Assembly: GCA_030704615.1 (NCBI GenBank)
Contig: CM060731.1
Location: 61,318,001-61,382,000, forward strand
DNA length: 64,000 nt
Direction: 5' to 3'
Source: Takakia lepidozioides
Lineage: Eukaryota > Plantae > Bryophyta
The notes beneath the pieces are model-generated. The model did not search any database. It saw nothing but the letters and a program-made list of their open reading frames with translations, and was not told the origin of the DNA. Both the position numbers and the translations under genes were made by a program. This document shows, piece after piece, positions 36,612 through 49,078 of this stretch (positions within the stretch are counted from its first letter, which is position 1; every line of letters begins with the position of its first letter).

Positions 36612-37775
36612 TGTTAGAGGACTGTAGGGGACTTAGACACTTATACGGGATCTGTAGGGTACCCTTAATTTTTGCACAGACTGAGGCAAACAGGAACCTT
36701 AGGGGTGACAGCAGCGCACTGTAGAGGGGGGTTACATAGCCCACACAGCCGACACAGCCGTCACAGCCCACACAGCCAACACAGCCCGTCACAGCCCACA
36801 CAGCCAACACAGCCCGTCACAGCCCACACAGCCGACACAGCCGTCACAGCCCACACAGCCCACACAGCCGTCACAGTCGTCACAGCCCACACAGCCCACA
36901 CAGCCCGTCACAGTCGTCACAGCAGACACAGCCCACACAGCCAACACAGCCCGTCACAGCCCACACAGCCCACACAGCCGTCACAGCCCACACAGCCCAC
37001 ACAGCCGTCACAGTCGTCACAGCCCACACAGCCCACACAGCCCGTCACAGTCGTCACAGCAGACACAGCCCACACAGCCAGTCACAGCCCGGCACAGCCA
37101 CACAGCCAGTCACAGCCCGACACAGCCAAACACAGCCAGTCACCGCTTGACACAGCTGTCACGATAATAGGGAACGAAGAGTAGGACAGGGAACGACTGT
37201 GGGGAACAACACCAGTGAAGGGAACATGTTAGTTCACATACGACGGTTAGAGAGGAAACGGTTAGAACCGCGGATAGGAGGATAAAGGGAAGAACGGGGA
37301 ATAGGAAGAAATCATTATTCGGGGAGGACTTCGGAGACAGGCGGGAGCGGAGATCGGAGAGCACGATGAAGGAGAAAAGAGGATTAGTAGATGCTTGTCA
37401 TATGCAAAGCTAGAGTGATATTGTAGAGCAGATTAGAGACATAATGGCTTCGGCCTGATACCTGATAAATCATAATCTGATACTTATACGATACAATCAC
37501 ACTGTGTAGAGAGATCTGAGTGAAGCTGTGGATTGAATGGAGGAGTTAAGGAAACCGATAAATTGATGAAGCAAACTGATACTTAATTATCAATGGTAAG
37601 GTAGCTAAGATGAATGCGGAAAAGGAAACAAATAGGAAACACCCCCATGATACACTAGCTGTAGGTCATGACTGATTGTTCTGCGCGGGCTGAGTACTTA
37701 GAGATTTCCAACTCTTCTATCTTGGAGTTTCCGCCTCGGATAGCGAAGGGATGGGTGAGTAAAAGCCGCGCGACA
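36612..37775. mobile_element. Solo LTR (1164 bp) with an internal CACAGCC minisatellite, inserted in the ParB-like exon
   Basis: TG...CA termini (TGTTAG...GCGACA). 5-bp TSD GAGGC at 36607-36611 and 37776-37780. Removal restores the frame EEFELGL|MMGKNTQQF. Confidence 0.88.
36736..37160 (+). repeat. CACAGCC/CACAGCCCGT-based simple tandem repeat
   Basis: Directly visible; about 9-10 bp variant units over about 420 bp. Confidence 0.95.
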
Positions 37776-38246
37776 GAGGCCCAGCTCGAACTCCTCATTG
37801 GCATCTTTCCAGCACTCATCCCAGTTATCACTGATCTCTGGAGACACTAATGTGCTTTTCCCATTTATATCCGTCAGTGACACATAAAAAACTTGTGCAC
37901 CAAGTTTGTATCCATGCACAAAATCACTCTCCAATTTTGTTATATCATGGGAAAGAGGTGGACGCACAACAGGCATAGATATCATCCGGCACAGAGGGGT
38001 GTCCAGACGCCCTCCAGATACGAGCATGTCCCTTATAACCTCCTGAGAGTTTACCTTCTCGAATGACATGAGTTCTTTCACCTTGTCAAGGTAGTGCACT
38101 TCATATTCATCTGCTTCATCTGTATTCTCTGAGCTTTTTCCAGACTCGTCCCCATCTCTAGATCCTTTCCCCTCTGATCCTGTAGGCTTGGACCTCACAG
38201 TTTTCTTCACGATGCCATTCAAATCTGACTGAGTAATTTGCAAATA

Positions 38247-38985
38247 GTGAACGGCGGTAACGACCATCACTCTGTCTCCAAGAAACTCACAATGAATGGT
38301 GTGAAACAAATTCAGAACCATCTACACAAGCAAAGCTGATCCTGCCGAATTCAAAACAAAAGCGAGAGCGATAGCGAACGGCGTTAACGACAATCACAAA
38401 AGATAAGGACCTGCCGGATCGGTGTTGTGTAATGACATATATGTGTAAGTGATTGGCGGCAACGACATTCAGTATAGTTTAGGGCGGACAGTAAGTGCAG
38501 ATTATTCAGATTGACTCCATTGTGATTACCGTCGCAAGCATTCACGGTTTCCTGTCTATGTCGAGAGTACTTTCCAATCGATACTCTACCTGAATCTACA
38601 GTATGGTCTTCAAATCTTTGATTGGCGGTACCGCCTTTCCACTTCTCTATTTGTTCAACCTCATACAAAGAAAATGCATTGCAATACATTATGACTGAAT
38701 ATGCCGACCCTCACTCTCTCTTCAAACACATAGGTAAATAAATCTCATGAGGAGAATCGAATGGCGTTAACGACGCTCGCAATTCAGTAGACTTCAATCA
38801 CATGTTCCTGCTAAAGAAGGGAAGAGGAATGACTGCTTGAAAGGCAATCAGACAGACTGTATGATCTGAACAACGGTGAATGACGGTACCGTCAGTCACC
38901 CACTCATTGTGCGGTAAACCCTTAACAAATGAGTAGAAAGCAAATCACCGTTGTTTCGTGGTGATGGTCGGTAGCGACAATCCTT
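38247..38985. repeat. Degenerate copies of the GTGAATG.CG..A.CG.CATTCAC palindrome in intron 1 of the ParB-MTase gene
   Basis: Copies at 38247, 38374, 38449, 38522, about 38618, about 38757, 38876 and about 38961. Confidence 0.75.
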
Positions 38986-40215
38986 TTCTGGGACATTCCA
39001 CTCAATCTCTACGCAGATCTTCAACAATGAAATGTAAGTTAGAGAAAACTTACTGGTGCCTTCGTAGGTTTTGAAATTGGATCCCCTTCTGCAGCTTTTC
39101 TCTTCCCTCTCACATCTGCTGGAATTTCTATCTGCTCTAGGGTTTCTGGACCTTCTCCCGGTTCAGCGTTCCTCGTACTTCCACCTCCTTCAGTTTCCCT
39201 GCGAGTCATCTCTGCATCCACAGGCTGGTTTCCAACGCGCACTATTATCGCCGACTGTGTCATAGCCGCTGCCTCAGTCTCGGTCTGCTCTTGTGAATCA
39301 GTCTCCGCGTTCACCTGCTGCCTTGGCCCTGTGTTCTCCAACAAACGACGCCTCGTCATTTGCTCTCTTGCTCTGCGTCTCTCTCTAAGGGAAGTAAAAT
39401 AAAGAGGCTTTCTTCTCTTTCGTATTGTAGAAGGAACCCTCTCCAGCTTGACTACCACTCTCCCTCTAAGCGCAAAAAGTAGAAAAACGAAGTGACTCCC
39501 GATTTCTTGCGGGATTGCGTGCGTTGTTGCTTGTCTCTAGAAGCATCGGATTCCCTCTCGCGTGACCGTTACACATAGTCGTTCCCTTATTAGTGCACAT
39601 GCCAGCAATTAGTGTACAGCTGTTCGTATTCAGTTATCGATGTCTGACGTGTGTCGCCCAAAATAAACGGCGTGTTCTTTATTAGAACGGTTTCAATATT
39701 TAAAAATAACAGTGAATCCCAGAAATCTTGGCGCACAGTCTTAGACAAATATATGTAAATGAACGAGAGTTTGATGACAAATTTTGGGATATCATACACG
39801 GTCATCCTTGTTAGCCAACCCCACGTTCATTTCACATTTTGAACTTTCCAGGTGCGCATGATCATTGGTAGTAGTATAAAGATACATTTACTTAATCTGC
39901 AATCCCCCCCTCAGATCCTGTGGCATGCTTCCAGGAAGTCGGCTTGTTATTGTGTTTATTGATGAGATTCTGATTAACGGTTTAACAGCTGCCAACATTG
40001 CTCCTAGGGATACTCTGACCACTGGGCCCACAAGAAAAGTAATTAAAATGGACGGCTGCATATCTGGAAGGAATAACAGAATATGCACAGTCATCGTCTA
40101 AGCTTCCTCCGCCATATTCTCTGCTCATTCTTCAACTGTGTTCTGGAGACATCAGTAAACCGATTTACACTAAAGGTCTGTGATAGCAAGGTATCAACGT
40201 ACGCGAGGAAGGAAG

Positions 40216-43200
40216 ATGGCTTCCTCTGAAGCGGAGTTCTTCTCTGACGACAAACCAGTGTCGTTCTCCCAGGAAGTCATTGACAATGGATTTGCAATTG
40301 TTCTGGAACATGTCTTGGCTACCCGTTTTCAGCTTCAGAATGGCTCCATCTTTTTGGAGAAAGAGGTGTATGATTTGAAAAGGAAGTTGTTGAAATACTC
40401 TTTCCAAAACCGTGATGAGACGTCTCATATCAACCAGTGGAGAGTGCGCCCTGGTCGATACAGAGTACTTGGAGAGCCTCGGCGAAAGTCCCTTGGGTCA
40501 TATGTGACGCCCGGACTGCTGCTTCGGTCGTTGAAGACAAGAGGGAGGTGGTGGTGAAAAAAGAACAGACGTCCTCCACTCCAATCGTTGAGCTTTCGGA
40601 TTCGTCCAATGATGACATAAGTGAAATTCCAAATCCAGTCCTTCCTACTGTGGTTGGAGAAGCTGATAAAGAAGAGATTTGTAGTGTCATTCCAAAATTA
40701 CGGGCGATGGGAGGAATGGCTGGATTCAAAAGTGAGTTGCAAGGAATTGATTGGGAATCTTTGAAGCAGGTGCCTGTGAAGTTCTTGCCAGATACTTTTG
40801 ATGGCGATATCCTATTCGAGCTGCCTCCTCCTCCGCGAGTTGGAGGTGTAACAATCATGATGCATGGAATGGACAAGAAACACGACGGGCACCCGTGGTG
40901 CAGAACAAAAACATCCAATATTCATAATGATGACAAGCTTGTTTTCAGGAGAACAGTTTGCAATGGACACCTTAGGTGTGATAATTTGAATTGCAGACAC
41001 TTTCTTCAGTCTGGGGTTCATAATCAAAGCGAATGGGAGGGTCTGGCGGAAAATCCATTTCAGCCTGGGACTGCCCCACCACCGGCAAACACTTTCATCT
41101 GCAAATTCTGCAAACTTGTGCCATCCTGCTTGGTGCTCTGCGGAGCAAGAATGTACTATATTGTCCACCGTTTGAAAACAATGACAAGAGCTTGTGTGCA
41201 TTTCGGATTCCATAACCATCCTGTCTCGAAGGGGGATTACAGGGAGAGTGTTGAGACAGTATCGAGGTTGATTAAATATGAGTTCGGGAAAAACCCATCC
41301 GCAACAACATCTGCAATTGCTCTTGGCGCAAGCAAGTCCTTCTTGGAAAGCCATATTTTGAGTGAAGGGGATTATGTGGGAACTAAACTTGACGGTGCAG
41401 CATTGGACCTGGTCATGGATCATTTCTCCACTTTGAGTTCACCTAACATTCGGCATCAGATCAACGCATTAAGAATGGGCTCTGGTATCAGAGGCTACAT
41501 AGACAACATTTTGGAGTTGAAACGAGTGAGCAAGTATGATTACATCCAGGACAATGTATTCCCAGGTCAAGGTGCCATCAAAGTTTTTCTTTTCAAAATG
41601 TCGACTGTTGGGGAGGGCAGTGGGGTTAGCCTCGTGAAGCAGATGCAGAAGACTGAGGACTTGCAGAACTGTTTTCTTATGTTTGATCATGTGAAACGAG
41701 TGAAGGATTGGACGACAATGGCTTGTCATGTCTACGATCCAGTATACCAACGAGTTATGACAATTGCAGTTTGTGACATGCAATCCGAGGATATGGAATC
41801 CCAGAAGCTCATGTGGAATTCCCTGATACGTGTCATGGGCTACCATCTCCAAATTTTGCAGGTTTCATGGCGGATAGTGCTCAAGCAAATTTCAATGCTG
41901 TTCGTATTGTCTTCGGATCGGGCGACCCAAAAGTGCCAATGCGAGGAAGAGAGCGTACATGTCTATTCCATTGGACACAATCTCTGGAAAAACATACAAA
42001 ATCGGACATCAAACCAGAGATGCAGACTCATCACCGTAAATTGTGCAAAGAGTACAAAGATGCTAGAACAATGAAGGAGGCGGACACTTTGTTCCAGACA
42101 ATTTGTGCCTGGTGGTTCTCTTCTGGAGCTGCATCACTTGAGAGTATGAGAGCATTGGAAGATTGGCTAGCGTTTTGGCACTTCCGGTATAGACAGTGGG
42201 GAGCAGCCATGCCAGTGGTACGAGGCTTATATTTCTTGCTTTATTCATACATTTACTTTCCATTTTATTGTGTCCTCGCTTTCTTTATGTTGTTTTCTGT
42301 TCACTGTTTGGAAGTGTGGTTCTGCACTTTGCAGAACATGTCCATTGAGGAAATGGCGGACATGCCATCTTGCAATTTGGCAGAAACTGTGCACAACGCA
42401 TGGTTGCAGCAGTCTGGGAAACGAGGTCGGGATTTGTATGTGGCAACAACAGATGATTTGATACGTGCCTTGCAACAACAAACCCGATACCGTGATTTCT
42501 TACGAGGTGGGGTTGGTAGCAAGGGTCCAGACAAATGGGAGTTGATGTTGCGTGTTGCAAACAGATCTAGGGATCCAATCAAGATAGCACGGGCGGTGAG
42601 CATGTATGCCCAGGGAACGGCACTTGTTTCTAGAGTTCCACATCTTGAAAGGGAGGAGAGATTCGACTCCTGTAAGAGAAAATTGAACACTCCACCTGGT
42701 TCGGATTCCGATTCGCACAAGGCAGACCGTGATAACTTCTCGAAGCCTCGTGTTCCCCTGCGTGACAGCTCCATGTCCGGAACCTCCAACACGACGGCAA
42801 GCTCCAGCATCAAACAGTGCCACTGAAAATGGTGCAGGAGAGAAACAACCCCCTTGATGTGCTTGAGTCCGCATGCTCCGACCACGTTTGGCACATAGAA
42901 TGCACAAGTGTAGGGTCTCGTGTGAAATGTACAGCGATCAGGGCAACTAATTTCGAGAAGTGCACTTCATCTATATCCAGAGGTGGTGCCCGAACTCATG
43001 CTCCGACTTTCACGGGTTTGATGCGTCCATACGGTCAACCAGAAGCCAAGAACCACAAGTTCTGGTTCTGCGCAGATGATTGTGCCAGATGTGTGCATGG
43101 AATTGTGCGTCCTTCCGTAGTGATGAAGCCATCTCCTCCAACCGTTTGGCCCGTGAAGGTGGGAACACATCTCAGCTTTCAGGAGATTGAAATGCTCGAG

Positions 43201-44887
43201 GAGGCAGGTTTTTCCCTTGCGAGACAACCCCAACTCCATGCATGTGCTACTACTTATGCGTCCTCCCGGGTCCCCCCGACAAATCCTGACTTGTGGCCAA
43301 CCAAACGAGATGGAAAGCTCGTTCGACGTTTCCCTCCAACCGCTGAACACTTTGGCAAAGTGGAGTCCGCAAAAATGCTCCAAGCTCGTGTTGGAAGCAC
43401 CACGGAAGTACCCGATCTAGGATATGGTGTAAGTAAAAATAAAGGGCCTGCAACTCATGACAATTCATCCAGTCAGTCCACCATTTATCCCAGGCTGCAG
43501 CGGAAGAGAAAACCTGGAAACAAATGACGATTCGTAATTAAGAGTTTCCTAGACATATCGCTTGTCTTCTCTTATTGATGATCCCTGGAGGGTAACCAAA
43601 TGCCATTGAGCTTGACTTCTTCACTCGCTTTGATCCCTTGTCTTTGCACCTTTCACCGGTCGCGCTATGCTTGTTGTGATGCTCACTTTAGACCCTGTAA
43701 TGTTCTTGCCTTGCTCCCATATTAACACATGTATCTGATTTGGCTTTGCAGAGAAGTGCATGGAGGAACTATTCCACTACATGCTGGCAGCAGTTCATCC
43801 TTCTTAGTACACCACCTATATCATATATGTTCACTAAGCCTGCAGCTTGACATCTTTTGTAAACATGAATCAGATGCTTAGATGCCTGAGAATTGGGCTT
43901 CACAAATACTTTCTACCATCCCAACCCCATCTCTATGTTAGAGTCATTCTACTTCACCCTCAAGCTCCACTAGTCTCACCCCAGAATCGTCGTAATCCCC
44001 ATGCTTTACTGAAAAACAACCTCCACTAGTGCCGAAATCTCGAGAGATGACTATCCGCCACCACTTGTTTTATACTTCCCCTGATCATAACTTTGGTATC
44101 TATCTACGCCGCCACTTCACGTGATCGTTTAATCTCTAGACCCCACACTTAATTAATTGCAACTTCAGGCCTAAAGATTTAGTGGCCACCAGGTATTATC
44201 CCCCTCTGTTCCACTGGCCTGGTTGTTTTGCTAAATATATCTTAAAGCAACGTGTACCTCTTTCTATCCATCCTTTGTCCTAGCTAATATTATTGTGGCC
44301 GCTCTGCTCACTAAATCACCGTTCAGTCTTTTGTCTTAGGCCTGCAGTGTCAGTCCTCGTGATGAATAATCCAGCCTGTCATCCTGCCAGCTCGTCATCC
44401 ATCCACTAATACCAATTGGCTATCTCATCCCTGTTTTTCCATCCAACTTTCTCACTGTCCATCCGTTGATGACAATTTGTCAACTTCATCCTGTTAACTC
44501 CAATGATAAATCATTTTTTCATCTCCCACTTCATAACCCAAGCATCCCTTTTGTCTGCTTCTTGCACGCCTTCCGTGTTCTTTTCACCACCTCGATTCGA
44601 CCTACAATGGTCGGGTATTCACAATCATCACTTCCACATCTGCTGTTCATGACAGGACCTACGACATCACGGTTTCCAATTTCCCCAATTGCACATGTCC
44701 TGATTTTGTGAATATGCTATCAACCAGTTTGGGCAAGAGAGGTAAATTCATACCCTGCAAACATTTGTATTTCATATTTTTGAAGAGGATGGTTTGCGAT
44801 CCCAAACGTGACAACTTCATTCATCAGGCCACTATGAGTTTCAACGAGGTCAATACTCTATTGCAGCGGGATACAACACATGGGTAG
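40216..44887 (+). mobile_element. Mutator-like (MULE) transposase gene, copy 1: WRKY/GCM-type Zn finger + DDE + SWIM; frameshifted and interrupted by an LTR
   Basis: DGHPWCRTKTSN...CNGHLRCDNLNC...CKFC...C...HFGFHNHP; MFDHVKRV (D1), FMADSAQAN (D2), CLFHW, NLAETVHN (E). Probable intron 42218-42334. SWIM motif CTCPDF...CKH lies in 44611-44887 after removing 43428-44606. Confidence 0.88.
43428..44606. mobile_element. TG...CA insertion (1179 bp, probable solo LTR) in the SWIM exon
   Basis: Termini TGTAAGT...ACCTACA. TSD ATGG at 43424-43427 and 44607-44610. Removal restores DLGYG|RVFTIITSTS, collinear with the uninterrupted paralog PGYGRVYKLITSTS. Confidence 0.88.
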
Positions 44888-45329
44888 CATCAACTATGCA
44901 ATGTGGTATGTGGACGACCATGATTTGAAATGTGTAATTCACATCAATTCGTCGGCGGTGCAATGATATGGCCTCCAACTATACAGAGTGAGCTCTGAGT
45001 GACAACTTTTAAAAGCACATTTGTCATTGCACCGTTCGAAGTCTACATGTCTTGCTGTCGCTATGCACTACAATCATCTTTTGAAGATGATCCTAACTCT
45101 CATTGTTATTTGAGGAGGGAGGAAGGTCTTCCCGTGGCAGCCTTTATGGCGCACATTTTGTGAGGATATTTTCTCATCCTCGTAATTGTAAAAGTGAAAC
45201 AAACATTTGTAATTGCACAATGTTGGATGCTACAATTGTAGGCCTCATGGTACTCTTGATTCTATTTAGGCAAGATTCCCTGCATTAATTCCACGGTCAT
45301 AGGACCATCCTCGGTTATAGGCGGCGCAT

Positions 45330-47010
45330 GTTAATGCTGACGTGGCACATGACGGACAATGCCACGTCATCATTTGCCGCCACATCAGCATGCTGACATG
45401 ACGCTCACGCCACGTCAGCTGGCGTGAGCGTACACTCACGCCACGTCACTCTTGCGTGAGCGTACGCTCACGCCATTGCGTCGTTGGTTCTTCACCACCA
45501 ACCTCTTCGTTGTCACCTTCCCTTTTCCAGCCATGATCCGCTCCATCAGCTTCTTCGTTGAGGTGTGCTTCTTCCTGCCTGTCATGTTTCTTCTTCTCTG
45601 ATGTTGGTATTGTTTCAGATTCACATCCCTTCATCATCTGAGGTTTGTCTGGGCGAGCAGCCCTTGTTTGATTTACTACAATGAAGGGCAGCTCCGGATT
45701 TGCTTGATTATCACCATCCTTCTGTTGTGGTTGTCTTGGCAGATGTTCCCTCAACCTTCCTTCTCTTTCAGGCAGACAGTTGTCCGCCTTGTCTTCCCAT
45801 TTTCACCTCCTTCACAAGTGAAGTACTTACCTTCCTCTTTTTTTTGCTCCAGCCTCTCAGGTAATGTCTTCTTCACGTGCTTGTTGCCTTCATATTTCCA
45901 GCTCTTGTTTAGCTTTTTCAGGCTTGCATCCTTCTCTTGTTTGCTATTGTTGCGATCAGCTCCTTCATCATGTTGCACCCCTTCCTGCTTGTCACTTCCC
46001 TCATTCTCCCCTTCATGTGCCGCTCCAGATTTGTTCTTCCTTGTTGTTTGAGGATTGATTTGGTAAGCTACCCTGGTTTTTATCACTCCAGCGAAGGGTA
46101 GCTCATTTTTTCTTTTGTTCTCACAGCTTGGCATTGCTCTTTGCAGAAATTCCCTGGCTTCTTCACCCCATTGCTGGTCCTCACTCTTGGACTGCCAGCC
46201 TTGTCCCTCCTTGGTAGTAAGGTGTGCTCCATCTTCCCCATTCTTCGTAGGTCCGTTTGATGCTCCACCCTCCATGTTACCAGGGCCACTCCTCCCTTGG
46301 TGCTCATCCCTTGACCATTTACTGTTCTCCATCGGTTCTCCCTCATGTTTGAGCAGCATTTCCCATGCTTTGATTGCCACTTTCCTCCGTAGCTGATCTC
46401 GTGCCCTCCCTCTTTGTTTGATTCTAATCAACCTGTTTGTGTTGGCAACTTTGTGACCATGACCTTCTTGCTTCTTGGCTGCCCACCATCTGCAGAATTT
46501 CTTTGGAACCCCACTGGCCTGCCTCGGCATGTCTTCGAATACGGGGATTGCTAGTCCGTGAGCGGCTCACGTGAGCGGGAAGATGCGTGAGCGAGAAGAT
46601 GTCAATCCGTGAGCGGAAAGATGCTCACGCCAGAGGGTGTAGGGGCCCACATCCGCGGACGGTGATAACCCAGGGGACCTATTCCCGTGGGAACGAGTGA
46701 AAATGTAATGCGTACCTGGATGTGAAGTTGGATGAACGTTGGATGAATGGTGGATGGATGAAAAATGTTGGATGGATGGTGGATGAATGTAGGTTGGATG
46801 TTACATGCATGATGGCTGAGTGTGGGGCGAATGATGGATGATATATGCTGGAACACTGGATGAATGACGGAGTGACAAATTTGGAATGGTAGAATTTCGG
46901 ATAGTTGATGGATGGACATATGTTTTGGATGCATGAACAATTTATGTGCGTATGTGTAAAGACTGGAAGTATTGTGGACCCACACAGATTGTATGAATGG
47001 ACTTGCAAGT
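45330..47010 (-). mobile_element. Non-autonomous relative of the 29.85-32.0 kb element
   Basis: Same order of (GGAT)-rich region, GCTCACG/CGTGAGC motifs and charged ORFs with ELPFAGVIKTR / ELPFIVVNQTR; no integrase. No TSD found. Confidence 0.65.
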
Positions 47011-49078
47011 GAAGATGAAAAAATTTATGCCCAGAAAATGTCTTATGTAGACAATGTTGGGAGGGGAGGCACGCAGTTGACGCAAGAGAAGCAATCTCCT
47101 CACAGTTGATTCCCTAAATATTCCTAAACACGTGGAACCAATCAGAAAATGTCTATGCACTGGAACTGGTGGTAGCACCAGACTCCGACGCACTAATGTC
47201 CATAAAGATCCTAGTCCTGTTGTCCACCTTTTCTACACGATTGAAGCAAACTAGAGGGGGAGAGTCGCAGAGAGTAAACTCCCTAGCGGCAGCCTCCGCA
47301 TAGCATGGCAACTATAGGGGGCAGGTGGGCTCGGGAAAAATTCCGGGATAGCAAAGAATGGGATGCTTCTCCTCATTTTTGGTGTCCTACAAAGATTCCC
47401 AAAGTTGCAAGACCAGTAAGCAGAAAGATAGGACCGCGGAAGGGAAATGCTTTGTGACAAAAATGAAGGTCTGAATAATGAAAAATCCGACATGTCATCC
47501 AAAACAAACCGGACTTACGTACACTCAAAGTCGGAGTCCACGTCGAGGTCTACATCTGGAAGTTCCCGGTCGTCGAAATTTTTTCTTTGTGTGGGGCTGA
47601 TGTTGAGCCGGAGGTGAGTTGTTGAATCTTGCATGAAAACAGTTCCGCATCCCCCTCCATGCCGAAGAAGTGTCTACCGGCGCTCTTACAGGCATGGAAT
47701 GTTGCACGTGCAAATGCACAGAACGAATGGTTAAAAAACCACGAATCATTACAAAATTCAAGATCATAGATACGGTAGAGCAGGAGACTTGGCAGGGCAC
47801 ACTTGTTCCCAAAATGAAGTAAATTATAGAAGGATGCTAGTGTTTAATGGATCAAGAAATGGCAAGAACTCAAAAAATATATATGGGCCCAAGGCCCATA
47901 AAACTTGGAAGTTGTGGGGCTTGACAGTTACCATCATGGGTCTGAAGTAGATAACCGAGCAGGTGGCCGGTCATCAACATTTGCATTTCATGAGTACATG
48001 GTAAGAGGCATGCCGATTACTAAGAAAACGTACATTTGCATTTCCAAAGCGTACAATATAAAGGGAGAATACTAGAAGGTAAGCAACTCATATGAGCCTG
48101 TAAGATCATGAGGCAGACTCTGACAATAGAGGGTCTACAGCTGCCACGGGAAGAATACCTATAACCGCGCAGGCCTATTACATTGAAACAAATATGGCCC
48201 AAAAACAACTTCACGGCAACAGTTGAAGTCACATGTGGCATGAGATGAAGTCGATGGTGGGCAAGATAAATCATCCCCAAGTTGAAGAGCGTAGAAGTAT
48301 ATAATAACGTATGTGACGTGTGCATGATGACTGTTGTTTCTAGTCTCCATGTCTTATATCTAGAGGAACACACTAGTTACGTTAAGGAAAAAATAAGGAT
48401 CATGCTCATGCTCTTTTATTTTTTCCTTAATGATTATAATGATCGTGCTTAATGATCATGATTATTCATCATGCTCTCGTGTAGAGAGTTCCTAAAATCA
48501 CACGTTAAGGAAAAAATAAAAGATGCGAACACATTGTGAAATATTACTTATAATAGAAGACATGGTTCAACCAGATAAAAATGTGGAACATTGCTACTTG
48601 AACAATAGTTATGCTCTAAAACTGTATGACTACTATCTATGAAGATCATGACATTGCAATAAAAACATGTATGTCCATGATCCAGGAAATGGAAGAAACG
48701 ACAGTGATCAAATTGCCTCCCACATAAATTGACATGTGGTAAGACTACAAAGGACTATGGAAGAATGGGGATTAGAAAAAAATAAATTATAGTTCATGTG
48801 AATGGAATTGGATTTCTGTAAGATATCATACAACATACAATATCAGTGTAGTTACAACCATGTAGACAAACACATTTTGTCACTATTGTGATGCAAATGC
48901 AAAAGCCATAACAAAATGTAAATTCTTCTGCTATTCCTCGATCCATAAGTTCAAAGTTTTATGCAAACCACAATATACATCGTGGAATATATTATTTATT
49001 TATCAGATTAGCCGAGATAACATATTCATGGAAAGATTGCAATTAGATAATCTGGTTCAAGTGCTAAAAACATGATGG

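Larger units (their letters stand above)
32115..39359 (-). pseudogene. Multi-exon decayed gene: ParB/Srx-like N-terminal domain plus beta-class N4/N6 amino-DNA-methyltransferase-like C-terminal domain; partner gene of the MULE element
   Basis: Exon 1 is 39359-39054 (donor GTAAGT). The ParB-like exon (RMISMPVVRP..DITKLESDFVHGY...MFYVWDGNH*LLAW...LLTAMHDVN) is split by a solo LTR. MTase-like motifs IVILDIPDG (33481-33507), FLSDAGTLLLF, PWRGAKEKSPAFMQILLESCS and VVDLSVSTG|ATYHAC...MEGD span the GT-AG intron 32731-32637. Several frameshifts and stops are present. Confidence 0.75.

Noticed and set aside
36672-37184. 170-aa His/Ser/Gln/Pro/Thr-rich ORF
   Set aside because: It is a translation of the CACAGCC minisatellite inside a solo LTR.
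29250-47800. Terminal inverted repeats and TSD of the MULE element
   Set aside because: I looked on both flanks but found no convincing pair. The flanks are disrupted by other insertions, so element boundaries remain undefined.
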